Shown piece after piece: positions 55,657 to 64,000 of a stretch of 64,000 nucleotides of DNA. This stretch comes from Candidatus Brocadiia bacterium (lineage in GTDB: Bacteria; Planctomycetota; Brocadiia; CAIUPP01). Under the pieces are notes generated by a model that was not told the DNA's origin, did not search any database, and saw only the letters and a program-made list of their open reading frames with translations. The translations under genes were made by a program, and so were the position numbers. The DNA lies in the NCBI GenBank assembly GCA_050015075.1, contig JBEKCB010000010.1:32001-96000 (forward strand), given 5' to 3'. Each line of letters begins with the position of its first letter. The first letter of the stretch is position 1.

Positions 55657-57036
55657 ATGAAGATCTTCGTCACGGCCGTTATTACCTGCGCGGTGACGCT
55701 GCTGGTCGCGGTGCCGGTGTGCATCGGCTTGTCGCGCCGGCACAAGGAAGACCGCGGCTCCGCCGTGCGCGTGGAGAAGCCCATCCGCGGCGATCTCGTG
55801 GAACTCGTCAGCGCGTCCGGCACGATCATGCCCAAGACCAAGGTCTCGATTTCCGCCCGTGTCTCCGCGCTGATTCAGGAGATTCCGTACGACGAAGGGC
55901 AGGTAGTCACGCGCGGCGATCCGGCTGCGAATCCGCCGATTCCGCCGTCGGTGCTGGTGCGGCTGGACGACAAGGACCTGCAGGCGGCACTGAGGACGGC
56001 CGAGTCCACGCGGGAATCGAAAGCGGCCCAGATCGCGGTCGCCCGGGCGCGGCTGGTGGCGTCGCGCAGCACGATTGACGGGATGCGCGTCTCCCTCGAC
56101 GACGCCCGGCGCACCTTGGAGCGGCAGGCGGAGTTGCTCAAGAACAATTACGTCAGCCAGCAGGCGCGCGACTCGGCCCAATGCCAGGTGGACAAGCTCG
56201 CGGCCGACATCGCCTCGGCGGAAGCTTCGCTCAAGGCGGACGAACTGAACCTGGTGACGATGCAGCACGACCTGGCCGCCGCCGACGCCGACGTCGCGCG
56301 CTGCAAGGAAAACCTCAATTACACCGTCATCACCTCGCCGATTGACGGTGTGGTCACGGCCGTCAAGACCCATGTCGGCGAAATGGCGCTGGGCACGATG
56401 AACTACGCCGGCACCGAAATCCTTCAGGTCGCCGACCTGTCGAAAATGACGCTCCTGGCCGAAGTGGACGAAGCGTACATCGGCAAGATCCATCCGGGCC
56501 AGAAGGTCAAGGTCTCCGTCCAGGCGTACAGCGACCGCACCTTCGACGGCACGGTGGAATCCATCGCGCTGGTGAATTCCGTCTCCACACGGACCAACTC
56601 GAAATACTTCGAGACGCGCATCCTCGTGAAGGGCGACGGCCGCCAGCTCCTCTCCGGCTTGACGGCCGAGGCCGACATCGAGACCATGCGCCACGACGAC
56701 ATCATGAAAATTCCCACTCAGGCCGTGCTCGGACGGCGCACCGATGAGCTGCCCGCCAAAATCAGCGATAAGAACTCCAACGTCCAGTCCGACAAGACGG
56801 AGACGCCCGTGGTGTACCGCCTGGTGGACGGCAAGGCCGTGGTCACGCCGGTGAAGCTCGGCGTCACCGACGCCACTCACACCCAGATCGTGTCCGGCCT
56901 GGCTGATGGCGACCAGGTCATTGTGGGTCCATATAAGGTCCTGGAGACCCTCGCACACGACCAGACCGTCTACGATGATCGGACCGAGCTTCCGGCCAAG
57001 GGCGCAACCGCCTCGAAGCCGGCAAAGCCATCCTGA
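55657..57036 (+). CDS. Efflux periplasmic adaptor subunit (MacA-like)
   Basis: N-terminal TM, VSASGTI, helical hairpin, ITSPIDGVV, VDEAYIG. Confidence 0.9.
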   Translation: MKIFVTAVITCAVTLLVAVPVCIGLSRRHKEDRGSAVRVEKPIRGDLVELVSASGTIMPKTKVSISARVSALIQEIPYDEGQVVTRGDPAANPPIPPSVLVRLDDKDLQAALRTAESTRESKAAQIAVARARLVASRSTIDGMRVSLDDARRTLERQAELLKNNYVSQQARDSAQCQVDKLAADIASAEASLKADELNLVTMQHDLAAADADVARCKENLNYTVITSPIDGVVTAVKTHVGEMALGTMNYAGTEILQVADLSKMTLLAEVDEAYIGKIHPGQKVKVSVQAYSDRTFDGTVESIALVNSVSTRTNSKYFETRILVKGDGRQLLSGLTAEADIETMRHDDIMKIPTQAVLGRRTDELPAKISDKNSNVQSDKTETPVVYRLVDGKAVVTPVKLGVTDATHTQIVSGLADGDQVIVGPYKVLETLAHDQTVYDDRTELPAKGATASKPAKPS

Positions 57037-57078
57037 ACACATTAGCCGCGCCAACGGCTGCGCGGCTGGTGCATCAGT

Positions 57079-57107
57079 AGAAAATGCGCGCTGAGCGCGC
57101 ATTTTCT
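57079..57107. terminator. Perfect palindrome/terminator-like hairpin inside the efflux operon
   Basis: AGAAAATGCGCGCT-G-AGCGCGCATTTTCT; a second hairpin AGCCGCG...CGCGGCT at 57044-57067. Confidence 0.5.
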
Positions 57108-57141
57108 TAGGAGCCTTGATTCCCGCAAACAGGCGCCGCCC

Positions 57142-57867
57142 ATGATTCGGCTGGAAAACGTCCGCAAGCTTTTCAAGATCGGCCGGGAGCAGATTCACGC
57201 GCTCGACGGCGTGGACCTGCGCGTCGAGGCCAACGAATACGTCGCCGTGATGGGCGCCTCCGGCTCGGGCAAGAGCACGCTGATGAATGTCCTCGGCTGC
57301 CTCGACCGGCCGACCTCCGGCGTGTACGAGCTCAACGGGAAACCCACCATGCAAATGAGCCAGGGTGAGCTGGCGCACACCCGGAACCGGCAGATCGGGT
57401 TCGTTTTTCAGTCCTTCGAACTGCTCCCGCGGCTGAACGCCCTCAAGAATGTCTGCCTGCCGATGATCTACGCGCCCGGCGGCTGGTGGGGCTCGCAGAA
57501 GCGGGCGCGGGCGGCGCTCGAGCGCGTGGGACTCGGCGACCGCGTGCGCCATAGGCCGAACCAGCTCTCCGGCGGCGAGCGCCAGCGGATCGCCGTCGCC
57601 CGCGCGCTGGTGAACAGTCCGAGCATCCTCCTGGCCGATGAGCCCACCGGCAACCTCGACAGCCGCAACAGCGAGGAGATCCTGTCGCTCTTCGATCAAC
57701 TCCATCGCGACGGCCAGACCATCATCCTGGTCACCCACGAGGTGGATGTCGCCCGCCATGCCCGGCGGATCATCCGCATGCGCGACGGCCGCATCCTCTC
57801 CGACCTGCCGCGCGAAAGCGACCCCGTCATCGCGCGCGCCGTCAATCCGGCCGGGAGCGCGCCATGA
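57142..57867 (+). CDS. ABC transporter ATP-binding protein (MacB/LolD-like)
   Basis: [31 protein letters not shown]. Confidence 0.95.
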   Translation: MIRLENVRKLFKIGREQIHALDGVDLRVEANEYVAVMGASGSGKSTLMNVLGCLDRPTSGVYELNGKPTMQMSQGELAHTRNRQIGFVFQSFELLPRLNALKNVCLPMIYAPGGWWGSQKRARAALERVGLGDRVRHRPNQLSGGERQRIAVARALVNSPSILLADEPTGNLDSRNSEEILSLFDQLHRDGQTIILVTHEVDVARHARRIIRMRDGRILSDLPRESDPVIARAVNPAGSAP

Positions 57868-59159
57868 CCCGGCTGATCACCTGGCCGCTCGGCCTACTCC
57901 GCCTGCTGCTTCAGAGCATGGGACTGGCCTTTGGGCAAATCTGGACCAACAAGGTCCGGTCCGCCCTGACGATGATCGGCATCGTCATCGGCGTCGCCAG
58001 CGTGACCTCGGTCATCGCCTCGCTCACCGGGCTCAAGACGAACGTGCTGAAGGAGTTCGAATCCATCGGCGCCAACCGGATCTTCATTTGGGCCTGGCAG
58101 CCGGAGACCGGCCCGCAGAAAAACGCCTCCTGGCGAACCCTTCAGTTCACCCCCGAACTGTTCGACCACGCGCTGGAGTATTGTCCCTCGCTCCAGTACA
58201 TCACGCGGTACACCCATTTGCAGGGGACGGTCAAACACGGCGACGTGTCCGTGGAGGATGTGACCGTCATCGGCGCAGACTCCTGCTGGAACCAGGTGGA
58301 GAACCGGCGTGTGCAGCAGGGGCGGCCGTTTTCGCTCATTGATGTTACCGAGGGCACGAACGTCTGCATGATTGACCCGGCGCTCCAGGAGAAACTGCGA
58401 TTGGAGAAGGAGTGCGTCGGCCGGACCATCGAGGTGGGCGGCCGGACGTTTGTCATCATCGGCCTGATGGAGCCGCGCATCGAGGGCATGTTCGGCGGCG
58501 CCGGGGACCAGGGACGCACCTTCACCCTCTACGCGCCTTTCAAGACGATCTATCGCATCACGCAGTTCATGACGAACGTCGAGGCATCCGCTCGGACGCC
58601 TGCTCAGTCGGAAGAGGCGCGCGCGGAACTGCGCTTCTTCCTTCGCAAGGAGCGCCGCCTGACATTCGACGAACCGGATAATTTCCGGCTCCAGGCGGTC
58701 GAGGAGATTATGCGCAGTTTCGACCAGGTCGCCATCGTCATTACCATGATCGCCGGCGGCATCGTCGCAATCTCGCTGCTGGTGGGCGGCGTGGGCATCA
58801 TGAACATCATGCTCGTGTCGGTCTCCGAGCGCACGCGGGAGATCGGGCTGCGCAAAGCTGTCGGCGCGCCGCCTTCGGCCATCCTCCTGCAATTCCTGGT
58901 CGAGGCCGTCACGCTTTGCCTGGTGGGCGGGTTGATCGGGCTGTTGTTCGGCCAGTTGTTAACGGTCGCCGTCATGGCCGCCGTCACATCGGCCATCTCA
59001 GGAGGCAAATCCGGAATGGCGCCGATGCAGGCGACGGTCCCGCTCTGGGCCGTCGGGCTGGCGTTCGGGTTTTCGGCGCTGGTCGGCGTGGTCTTCGGCA
59101 TGTTCCCCGCCATCAAGGCGGCGCGGCTGGACCCCATGGAAGCCCTGCGGCATGAGTGA
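57864..59159 (+). CDS. ABC transporter permease (MacB/FtsX family)
   Basis: [59 protein letters not shown]. Confidence 0.95.
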   Translation: MTRLITWPLGLLRLLLQSMGLAFGQIWTNKVRSALTMIGIVIGVASVTSVIASLTGLKTNVLKEFESIGANRIFIWAWQPETGPQKNASWRTLQFTPELFDHALEYCPSLQYITRYTHLQGTVKHGDVSVEDVTVIGADSCWNQVENRRVQQGRPFSLIDVTEGTNVCMIDPALQEKLRLEKECVGRTIEVGGRTFVIIGLMEPRIEGMFGGAGDQGRTFTLYAPFKTIYRITQFMTNVEASARTPAQSEEARAELRFFLRKERRLTFDEPDNFRLQAVEEIMRSFDQVAIVITMIAGGIVAISLLVGGVGIMNIMLVSVSERTREIGLRKAVGAPPSAILLQFLVEAVTLCLVGGLIGLLFGQLLTVAVMAAVTSAISGGKSGMAPMQATVPLWAVGLAFGFSALVGVVFGMFPAIKAARLDPMEALRHE

Positions 59160-59231
59160 GGCCGAACCGCCGGCGGCGCTGCGGAACACGCACCGTTGAG
59201 AGGCCGTGTCGTGATTCAGAGGGAGAATTGC

Positions 59232-60869
59232 ATGACCTTCGTGAAGCGGCGCGCGGTATTCCTCCTGGCCGCGATCTGCGCCGGGCTGGCCTCCTGCGCG
59301 CCCATCAAGACGAGCAGCCCTTCGGACTACATCGGTCCGGTCGAGCGCCCGCCGGCCGCGACCGGCCAGGTGCCCGCGCCTTCGGCGGCCGTCTCGCCGG
59401 CGCCGGCCGCTCCCGAAGCCGCCGCGCCGAAGGGGCCGCTGCACGTCACCGTTCCCCAGGCCATTCTCCTCGCGCTCGAGAACAACCCCTCGCTGGCCGT
59501 GGACCGCTACAACCCGCCGCTGCACCGCGCCATCGAGCAGGAGCAGCGTGCGGCATTCGATCCCGACCTGACCGGGTCATTCCTCTACACGAGCAGCCAC
59601 GAGGGAGCGCCCGGCACCGTCGGCTCGCTGGTGCCATACTCGGACACCTACACCGGCACGCTCGGACTCACGGAATTCCTGCCGACGGGCACCACGCTGT
59701 CGCTCAGTGCCGGCCTCACGCAATCGCACTTTTTCCCCTTCGTCCCGGGCGGCAAGTTCACCTCGGACGCGCAACTGAGCGTCACCCAGTCGCTCCTGCG
59801 CGGTTTCGGCACGGACGTCAACCTGGCCGCCCTGCGCCAGGCGCGGCTGGACACCGAGACCTCGCAGTACGAACTGCGCGGCTTCGCGGAGTCCATCGTG
59901 GCGCAGACGGAGGAGGCTTACTGGAACTGCGTCCTCGCTGAGCGGCGGATCGGCATTTACGCGGAGTCGCTCGCGCTGGCTCAGAAGTCCAGCGAAGAGA
60001 CGCACGCCCGCGTCCGCCTCGGAGATCTCGCCGGGACCGAGATCGCCGCCGCCGACGCGGAAGTGGCGCTGCGCCGCGAGGACCTGATCAACGCCCGAAG
60101 CACTCTGACCAAGGCGCGCATCGCGCTCCTGCGTCTCCTCAGCCCTCCGGCCAATACGTTCCGAGCCGAGCTGACCCTCGAGGACCAGCCGCAAATGCCG
60201 CAGGAACCCGTCGGCGATGAAGAGGACCACGTCCAGCTCGGCCTGCGCATGCGGCCCGACCTGAACCAGGCGCGGCTGCAGGTCCGGCGCGGCGACTTGA
60301 GCGTCGTCGTGACGCGAAACGGCCTGCTGCCGTTGATGAACGTTTTCATGACGCTCGGCCGGACCGGTTATTCGGATTCGTTTACGACCTCCGTCAACCA
60401 GGCTTCGGCCGGCAACACCTATGGTGTGCAGGCCGGCGTGAACCTGGAGTTCCCGCCCATCAATCGTAACGCCCGCGCGCAGTACGCCGGCGCGCTCCTC
60501 ACCGTCGAGCAGAGCCGCGAGTCGGTGGTCAACCTCGAGCAACTCGTCGAGTCCGACGTCCGAACTGCCTACAGCGAAGTCCTCCGCGCGGGCGAACAGA
60601 TCACCGCCACCGCCGTCAGCCGCAAGGCTCAGGAAGAGAAGCTCAAGAGCGAGACGGAGAAATTCCACGTCGGCCAGTCCACCACTCTGCTCGTCGCCCA
60701 GACGCAGCGCGACCTGCTTTCGAGCCAGATAGACGAAATAGACGCGGTGGTGACCTACCGCAAGGCGCTCGTCGAAATCTATCGCCTCGAGGGCTCGCTC
60801 CTCCAGCGCCGCGGCATTGTGGCCCCCGGCGCAACTGCGCCCGACGCTCCGCCTGCCGCAGCGCGCTGA
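59232..60869 (+). CDS. TolC family outer membrane efflux lipoprotein
   Basis: Lipobox LASC; ALENNPSL, AAFDP, RPDL. Follows the MacA/MacB-like genes. Confidence 0.9.
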   Translation: MTFVKRRAVFLLAAICAGLASCAPIKTSSPSDYIGPVERPPAATGQVPAPSAAVSPAPAAPEAAAPKGPLHVTVPQAILLALENNPSLAVDRYNPPLHRAIEQEQRAAFDPDLTGSFLYTSSHEGAPGTVGSLVPYSDTYTGTLGLTEFLPTGTTLSLSAGLTQSHFFPFVPGGKFTSDAQLSVTQSLLRGFGTDVNLAALRQARLDTETSQYELRGFAESIVAQTEEAYWNCVLAERRIGIYAESLALAQKSSEETHARVRLGDLAGTEIAAADAEVALRREDLINARSTLTKARIALLRLLSPPANTFRAELTLEDQPQMPQEPVGDEEDHVQLGLRMRPDLNQARLQVRRGDLSVVVTRNGLLPLMNVFMTLGRTGYSDSFTTSVNQASAGNTYGVQAGVNLEFPPINRNARAQYAGALLTVEQSRESVVNLEQLVESDVRTAYSEVLRAGEQITATAVSRKAQEEKLKSETEKFHVGQSTTLLVAQTQRDLLSSQIDEIDAVVTYRKALVEIYRLEGSLLQRRGIVAPGATAPDAPPAAAR

Positions 60870-60982
60870 CGCGAACGCGACTGCATCAGACCGCCGGCGC
60901 TCGCGACTGGATTCTTCGCCAGGCCTTTGATAAAGTCCGTGATGAGCGCAGGGATCGCTTGACCTGATCCGGGGGATCGGAG

Positions 60983-61990
60983 TTGTCCTCAATGTCGTCA
61001 GTTCAGGTGTTACGGGCGTTCAGCCCGGAAGGGCTGCGCCGGTCCGCTTGCCGCGTGATCGGTCCGGCGCTGATCGCGTTCGTATGCCTCCCGGCGGCGC
61101 TGGGCCTGGCGCAGCCGCAACCGCGCCGGCAGTTGGTCCATGAGCGCACGTCGCGCTACTACACTATCCAAGTGGTGGACTATCCCGACGAGGGGCGGCG
61201 CGTTCTGCTGTTCTCGCGCGCGCGCGGGATCGAATCCTCGATGCTGCTGGCGGACCGCGATACGCTGGACATGGCTTACTGCCGCACGATGGTGGCGGCG
61301 CTCGCGCTGCCGGCAGAGTGCAAGGACGTGCTGCTGATCGGCCTGGGAGGCGCGTCGCTCCCACGGTTCATCCAGAGGCAGTTTCCCGACCTGCGGCTGG
61401 ACATCGTGGAGCTGGATCCGGACGTGGTCAAGGTCGCCCAGCAATACTTCAGTTTCAGGGGCTCGCCGAACACGCGCGTGCTGGTTCTTGACGGGCGCCT
61501 GTTCCTGAAACGCATCGAGAAGAAATATGACGTGATCCTGCTGGACGCCTACGCGGGCGACCGGGTCCCTTTCCACATGACGACGCTCGAGTTCGTCCGC
61601 CTAGTCAAGAGCCGCCTGGCGCCCGGCGGCGTCGTCGCGACGAACCTCTGGGATCCGGCCGGGACGCGGTTCCTGGAAGCCGAGAAGAGGACCTACCAGA
61701 TGAGCTTTCCACAGACCTATGTCTTTGACGCGGCCGACTCCGGCAATATCGTCATTTTCGGCACGCTGGATGCCGAAACGGTGGCGGGCAGCGAGTGGGT
61801 ACGCCGCGCTCAGAATCTGGCCGCGGGCAGGCGCCTGGGTTTCGACCTGCCCGACCTGGTCCGGACCGAATACGAACGTCTGACGCCGCTCCACATTGAG
61901 CAGGCGCCGCTGACCGATGATATGGCGCCGGTGGACACGCTGCGGCGGGAGAACCCGCGGCATTTCGAGGAAGGGCAGCCGCCCCCATGA
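60983..61990 (+). CDS. Spermidine-synthase-like SAM-binding protein with N-terminal signal/TM
   Basis: VLLIGLGGA, IVELDPDV, DGRLFL, YDVILLDAY, LTDDMAPV. Confidence 0.85.
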   Translation: MSSMSSVQVLRAFSPEGLRRSACRVIGPALIAFVCLPAALGLAQPQPRRQLVHERTSRYYTIQVVDYPDEGRRVLLFSRARGIESSMLLADRDTLDMAYCRTMVAALALPAECKDVLLIGLGGASLPRFIQRQFPDLRLDIVELDPDVVKVAQQYFSFRGSPNTRVLVLDGRLFLKRIEKKYDVILLDAYAGDRVPFHMTTLEFVRLVKSRLAPGGVVATNLWDPAGTRFLEAEKRTYQMSFPQTYVFDAADSGNIVIFGTLDAETVAGSEWVRRAQNLAAGRRLGFDLPDLVRTEYERLTPLHIEQAPLTDDMAPVDTLRRENPRHFEEGQPPP

Positions 61991-62697
61991 CGCCTGCCAC
62001 ATCGAGCGCGGCTGCAGGGAGCGGAGCCCGGACATGCGTCTTTGCGGCGGCGTTCCTTTCCGGCGCGGCGGTCATGAGCCTGGAGATGGCCGGCTTCCGC
62101 CTGGTGCAGCCGGAGTTCGGAAGCGACATCATAGTCTGGGGCAGCCTCATCAGCGTCTTCCTCGGAGGGCTTGCTCTCGGCGCATGGGCCGGCGGCCGAC
62201 TTGCGGACATCCGTCCGGCCCTGTGGAAACTCGGCGCGATCCTGGCCGCGGCGGGGCTTGTGGCGCTTCTGCTGCCGCTCTATTCCGATGCCGTGCTGCA
62301 GTGGACTTTTCCGGCCAGTTGGGCGCCCACTCCTGTCGAATGGAGCACTCCGGGCGCGGAGAGCGACCTGCGGGTGTACATGCCGCCGGACCTGCGGTGG
62401 CCCGCGCTGGCGGCGGGCGCGCTGCTCTTCGGGCTGCCGGCCGTTATACTGGGCATGGTCACCCCTTACGCCGTCAAGCTGCGCGTTCGCGCCATGCCGA
62501 ACCTCGGCGCAGGCGTCGGGACGATCTCGGGCGTCTCGACGCTCGGAGGAATCACAGGCACTCTGGGCACCGCCTTCTATCTTGTCAGTTGGCTGGGGAC
62601 GCGCCTGCTGTTCGCCTCGAACGGCATCGTGTTGCTCGTCGCCGGCCTTGCGTTGGTTATCGTGGGCCGGCTCGCGCCACGGACGGCGGAGGAATGA
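61987..62697 (+). CDS. Membrane domain of the fused MFS/spermidine synthase family, stand-alone
   Basis: FLSGAAVMSLEM, FGSDIIVWGSLISVFL, LGMVTPYAVKL, STLGGITGT. Confidence 0.82.
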   Translation: MTPATSSAAAGSGARTCVFAAAFLSGAAVMSLEMAGFRLVQPEFGSDIIVWGSLISVFLGGLALGAWAGGRLADIRPALWKLGAILAAAGLVALLLPLYSDAVLQWTFPASWAPTPVEWSTPGAESDLRVYMPPDLRWPALAAGALLFGLPAVILGMVTPYAVKLRVRAMPNLGAGVGTISGVSTLGGITGTLGTAFYLVSWLGTRLLFASNGIVLLVAGLALVIVGRLAPRTAEE

Positions 62698-62738
62698 GCA
62701 GTCAACTCGGGGAATAAGAAACGCGCTCCAATAAAGAA

Positions 62739-64000
62739 ATGACAGCGCACTGCATAAACCGGTTGCGAGATTGCAAAAATCGGTCTTTGCCGCAGCGACG
62801 GCGAAGAGGGTCCGCGGCGCTTGCGATGGCGGCGTTCCTTTTCGTCGAAATGGGTGCGTGGGGCGCGACTCTGGAAGTAGGGCCCGGAATGGCGTTCTCC
62901 GGGATCGAGGAGGCGCTGGCGCAGGCGAAACCCGGCGACACGATTCGGGTGCATCCGCTGCCGGAGGGAAAGTCATATCGGAAGGTCGCCCTGATGGTTC
63001 GGACGGCGAACTTGACCCTGCAGGGCGTCCCGGAGAAGAAGGGCGACCGCATCCGGCTCGATGGCGCGGGCTATGACTATAGCGGCGCCGGCCCTGTGCC
63101 GCGCGCGATCATCCAGTTCAATGCCCGCGCCGACGGCTGCGTCCTGGAAGGGTTCGAACTCTTCAACGCGCACAACGATTCCAACAACGGCGCCGGTGTG
63201 CGCATCAATGCCGCAAACGGCGTGACCATCCGCTCGTGCGATATCCACGATAACGACATGGGGATCATGTCGAACGGCAAGCTCTCCGAGGGTACGGGTG
63301 CGCTGCAGCGCATCGAGTTCTGCCGGATTCATTCCAACGGCAGCCTGAAGGACCCGGGCTATAACCACAACCTGTATCTCGGCGGCACGAGCGCCATCCT
63401 TCACGCCTGCGAGGTTTTCGGCAGCCTCACGGGACACAACGTCAAAAGCCGCGCGCATTACAATCGCGTCGAGTACTGTTACGTGCACGACTCAGCCAAC
63501 CGCGAGTTCGATCTCGTGGATGAAAAAGGCAACACGGACGTGCCTGAGAGCCATGCCGTGCTCCTGGGAAATATCATCGTCAAGAAACCAGACATGACCG
63601 GCAACAAAGGGGGCATCCACTTCGGGAAGGACGGTGCGGCGGACCACCGGGGAACGATCTACCTCATTCAGAACACGATTATCACGCCTTACCAAATGCC
63701 GGTGCTCGACTTATCGGCGGCGGGCGCCGGCGCCGCAATCGTCAATAATCTGTTCTGGGACCTGGGCTCCGGAAACCATGTGCTCGTCGCGGTGCGCAAC
63801 GGGGCGGAGATGAGGAATATCAGCGGCAACCACAACTTCCTTGCGCCCGGATTCAGCTTGACGGACACGCTGAAGGGAAATCAGAACGTCATCGCGCCGA
63901 AACCGGAAGCCGTTACGTTCGCCGAGCCACCGAAAGGCGTTTGGCATCTCCGGGCGGGCGACGCGGCGATCGGAACGGGTCTACCGTGGGCGAAACTGTC
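62739..64000 (+). CDS. Exported right-handed parallel beta-helix protein (3' end runs off the window)
   Basis: Manual translation: signal-like region, TLEVGPG..F..IEEALAQAKPGDTI, NGAGVRI, IHDNDMGI, HNLYLG, GHNVKSRA. Confidence 0.8.
   Translation, partial: MTAHCINRLRDCKNRSLPQRRRRGSAALAMAAFLFVEMGAWGATLEVGPGMAFSGIEEALAQAKPGDTIRVHPLPEGKSYRKVALMVRTANLTLQGVPEKKGDRIRLDGAGYDYSGAGPVPRAIIQFNARADGCVLEGFELFNAHNDSNNGAGVRINAANGVTIRSCDIHDNDMGIMSNGKLSEGTGALQRIEFCRIHSNGSLKDPGYNHNLYLGGTSAILHACEVFGSLTGHNVKSRAHYNRVEYCYVHDSANREFDLVDEKGNTDVPESHAVLLGNIIVKKPDMTGNKGGIHFGKDGAADHRGTIYLIQNTIITPYQMPVLDLSAAGAGAAIVNNLFWDLGSGNHVLVAVRNGAEMRNISGNHNFLAPGFSLTDTLKGNQNVIAPKPEAVTFAEPPKGVWHLRAGDAAIGTGLPWAKL

Noticed and set aside
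22-59137. Many long antisense ORFs in the track (e.g. 22-1431+, 12431-14917+, 38745-41081-, 41072-42901+, 55600-57759-)
   Set aside because: They are shadows of real genes on the opposite strand in high-GC DNA, with R/G/H-rich translations and no recognisable motifs.
60940-60985. TPP-riboswitch-like ACCTGATCCGG
   Set aside because: It lacks the CTGAGA and downstream GCG.AGGGA elements, and the downstream gene is unrelated to thiamine.

Overview
GC-rich bacterial window, plausibly PVC/Planctomycetota-like (inferred from gene content only). I saw no rRNA, tRNA, CRISPR array or intact mobile element. The left half is almost all minus strand. It holds an iron-type ABC transporter whose ATPase runs in-frame into a lipoprotein-like NHL domain (1-3939). 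It also holds a ~23-kb co-oriented cluster (6907-29913) headed by an ECF sigma factor and zinc anti-sigma. That cluster continues through CsgG-like/LamG/DUF4384 exported proteins and ends in a three-unit array of [exported partner protein]-[exported TPR-CHAT caspase-like protease], one CHAT copy surviving only as a 35-codon relic. The right half holds carbohydrate-related and housekeeping genes: glycoside hydrolases, MFS, EAL/HDOD, a Mo-oxidoreductase, a GHMP kinase-nucleotidyltransferase fusion, MacAB-TolC and a split spermidine-synthase-like pair. Four signals are absent from the ORF track. (i) A ~40-nt hairpin-plus-tail non-coding element recurs about 10 times (some copies partial), four times directly behind TTGAC(A/T)-N16-TACAAT promoters. 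(ii) A 58-codon probable selenoprotein has an in-frame TGA followed by a SECIS-like hairpin (37825-38001). (iii) A tyrosine-recombinase scar. (iv) A REP-like inverted repeat beside an AT-rich orphan gene. All family assignments are by motif recognition; no database searches were run.
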